Below are positions 61,845 through 64,000 of a stretch of 64,000 nucleotides of DNA, one piece after another. The position numbers were made by a program, and so were the translations under genes. The stretch lies in NCBI GenBank assembly GCA_963700145.1, contig OY969474.1:2400001-2464000 (forward strand). Reading direction: 5' to 3'. Under the pieces are notes generated by a model. The model had not been told where the DNA came from, did no database searches, and saw nothing but the letters and a program-made list of their open reading frames with translations. The stretch comes from an uncultured Acidobacteriota bacterium. GTDB lineage: Bacteria > Acidobacteriota > Thermoanaerobaculia > Multivoradales > UBA5704. Within the stretch, counting starts at the first letter, position 1. Each line of letters starts with the position of its first letter.

Positions 61845-64000
61845 CGTGGTGGAACGGGTCGAACTGGTAGAAGCGCAGGCGGCGCCCGGGGTCGTAGTTG
61901 TAGGTGATGTGGATCTTCTGGACGCTCGCCTTGTAGGGGTCGCGGGTCGCGGGCGGGAGCATGACCGGCGACGCCGTGTTGATCCACCAGTAGAAGCGGC
62001 CGAAGGTGAACCAGCAGCCCGAGCCGCCCACCTTGACCGAGGACTTGTACTGGTTCTCCCAGCCGCGCCCGCCGCCGAAGTCGACGTTCAGGTAGCCGCG
62101 CTCGTAGTAGTCGCCGTTGATCACCGTCACCTTGAGCTGCGCGCCGCGGGTCTGCCACTCCGGCCAGCGGGTCAGGCCGCCCTTAGTGAACTCGCCGTAG
62201 ATCGTGTTGTTGACGTAGAAGAGGGTGAGGTCGGCGTCGCGGTCCATCTCGACGCCCTTGGGGAGCTGGGTGCGCTCGCGCCAGTCCTCGAAGGCGCTCC
62301 AGCCCTCGTCGGCGTGCCGCCGCACGTGATGCCAGTGGCCCTCGGCGGCGGCGGCGCGCGCCGCGCGCAGCGCCGTCCACATCTTCTTGGCCGGGGCGAG
62401 GTCGCCGATCTGGGCGATCGCCGTTTCCCGCGCATGCTCGCTCGAGGTCGGCGCCGGGCCGAAGACGTCGATCTCCCACTTCGCCAGCGACTTGCCCGCC
62501 ATGACCAGGTTGGCGTCGTCCATCACCTGCACGCGCGGCGGGTGCATGCGCCAGCCCCAGGTGTAGATCAGCCGGTAGTACTCGGGAGGCGCCATCTTGA
62601 TCTTGAGCACCGTGCGGGTGCCCTCCTGCAGCGGAAAGAAGCTCTGGTCCATCCCCATGCCGGGGCGCTTGTTCGGCGGCGGCGGCGCGGGCGGGCCGCA
62701 CGGCGCCGGCGGCGGGGGCGGGGGCGGCGTGCCGTCAGGGACCAGGTTCCAGTACATGACCAGGGGCGAGAAGTCGTCCTCGCCGCGGGCCAGGACGTCG
62801 ATCGTGTAGGTGACTGTCCACGGCTTTCCCGGGGCGAGCGCGCTGAGGTCGAGCAGGCCGGTGTCGGACTCGAAGTGGTTGTCGTACCAGACCTGGTGGA
62901 CGTCGACGTTGCCGTCGACCACCTTCTTGATCTTCTCCGGCCCGTTGTAGTGCAGCAGCGGCAGGCCGCTGTAGGCGCGGTTGCGGACCGGCCTCCCCTC
63001 CAGGATGTCGATGCCGTTCTGGATGGCCTCACGGATCAACCGGTCGTCGATCGGGTCGCGCGAGCCGAAGTCGCGCAGCCGGCGCCAGAGGGCGTCGAGG
63101 TCCTGGGTCGGCGAGATGGGGTTGATCGCGGTGACCACCGGCTCACCGTCGTGGAGGTTGTAGAAGACGGTCGGGGTCGAGGGCAGGGTGTTGGGCACCT
63201 CCTGCCCGCGGCTGTCGAAGAGGTTGGTGTAGACCGTGGGCAGGAAGTTCGTGCCCGGCGGATCGACGAACGGATAGCTCGGCGGGAAGTGGCTCTCGCC
63301 GGTGACGATGGTGGTGACGTTGCCTTCCGTCGTCTGGCAGGAAGGCGCCAGCGGCGGCTGCGGGTGCGGGTGCTGGGCGAAGCCGGCGGCGGCGCCGAGG
63401 CCCAGCAGCAGCCCGGCCCGGGCGGCGAGCGGCAGCGGGCCGCGGCGGCGCGGCGCGCCGGCAGCCGGCGCGCGCGGCGTGAGCCAGGCGATGCGCTCGG
63501 CGATCCACGCCGGGTCGGTGCGGGCCGGCACCGACCCCCACAGGCCCACCGCCGCGTTGCCGTAGCGCAGCAGGCCGCGCGAGCAGTCCTGGACCGGCGC
63601 CGCGGCGTGCTCGGCGTGCGCGCCGGCCCCCGCGGCGACACCGGCGTCGTGCAGGAAGAGCCGCGAGCGCAGCAGCTCCATCGCCGCCGGCTCGCCGGTC
63701 AGGAAGAGCCACCCGGGCCCGGCGCCGTGGGCGGCGGCGAAGTCGCGCAGCGCCCGCGGCGTGTCCCGCTCGGGGTCGGTCGTGAGCGAGTAGAAGAAGA
63801 CGTCCCGCCCCATCCGCTCGCCGACGAGCGCCTGCACCTTGGCCAGGTTGGCGGCCACCGGGTAGGCGGCCTCGCCGGCCAGCGAGAAGACGTGCAGCAC
63901 GACCGTCTTGCCGCGCACCAGGTCGGTCCAGAAGCGCCCGCGGCGGCCGTCGTGAGCCTCGACCACGACGTCGGGGAAGTAGCCCGCCGGCAGCCCGCAT
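61819..64000 (-). CDS. degenerate SCO-like domain fused to a large uncharacterised secreted-type domain; truncated by window edge
   Basis: YFPDVVV..HDG, DLVRGKTV, SLTTDPERDTP, GWLFLTG (no CxxxC); hydrophobic segment; then ~500-aa His/Met/Trp-containing domain ending FDPFHHDVAIFSIH. Confidence 0.75.
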   Translation of the reverse strand, partial: CGLPAGYFPDVVVEAHDGRRGRFWTDLVRGKTVVLHVFSLAGEAAYPVAANLAKVQALVGERMGRDVFFYSLTTDPERDTPRALRDFAAAHGAGPGWLFLTGEPAAMELLRSRLFLHDAGVAAGAGAHAEHAAAPVQDCSRGLLRYGNAAVGLWGSVPARTDPAWIAERIAWLTPRAPAAGAPRRRGPLPLAARAGLLLGLGAAAGFAQHPHPQPPLAPSCQTTEGNVTTIVTGESHFPPSYPFVDPPGTNFLPTVYTNLFDSRGQEVPNTLPSTPTVFYNLHDGEPVVTAINPISPTQDLDALWRRLRDFGSRDPIDDRLIREAIQNGIDILEGRPVRNRAYSGLPLLHYNGPEKIKKVVDGNVDVHQVWYDNHFESDTGLLDLSALAPGKPWTVTYTIDVLARGEDDFSPLVMYWNLVPDGTPPPPPPPAPCGPPAPPPPNKRPGMGMDQSFFPLQEGTRTVLKIKMAPPEYYRLIYTWGWRMHPPRVQVMDDANLVMAGKSLAKWEIDVFGPAPTSSEHARETAIAQIGDLAPAKKMWTALRAARAAAAEGHWHHVRRHADEGWSAFEDWRERTQLPKGVEMDRDADLTLFYVNNTIYGEFTKGGLTRWPEWQTRGAQLKVTVINGDYYERGYLNVDFGGGRGWENQYKSSVKVGGSGCWFTFGRFYWWINTASPVMLPPATRDPYKASVQKIHITYNYDPGRRLRFYQFDPFHHDVAIFSIH

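Overview
Very GC-rich bacterial chromosome window. Gene content (a lineage-typical C-terminal domain on the LamG protein, DQVPAATLLVPFFE-type secreted protein, ACIII-caa3 operon) suggests Acidobacteriota/Thermoanaerobaculia; this is inference. The sequence looks like a noisy long-read assembly, with dense frameshifts at about 9.9-13.1 kb, 14.8-23 kb and 28.7-30.3 kb. Main content: thioredoxin/MauE/FHA-RDD/uvrA block; frameshifted class A PBP; alternative complex III (actA-G) + SCO + A2-type caa3 oxidase operon (14.8-27.3 kb); a lower-GC accessory island (DUF5131 + interrupted tcmP, orphan antitoxin-like genes, DUF4143 remnant); a putative isoprenoid-alcohol salvage operon (SDR, phytol-kinase/DUF92 fusion, UbiA); thiolase-lptD-nucleotide-sugar operon; ruvX-mltG; pseudokinase-TonB fusion; wecA-like gene; acyl-CoA carboxylase beta; moaD-moaE fusion; and, at the right edge, a SCO/cytochrome c/unknown-protein copper cluster. 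Non-coding signals: three degenerate arrays with 20-21 bp periodicity, five REP/REPIN-like loci (one supplies or overlaps the lptD start), a ~170-nt rod-like hairpin, and a recurrent TAnnnT box 6-11 nt before many start codons, suggesting leaderless mRNAs. No rRNA, tRNA, CRISPR array or transposase was recognised.
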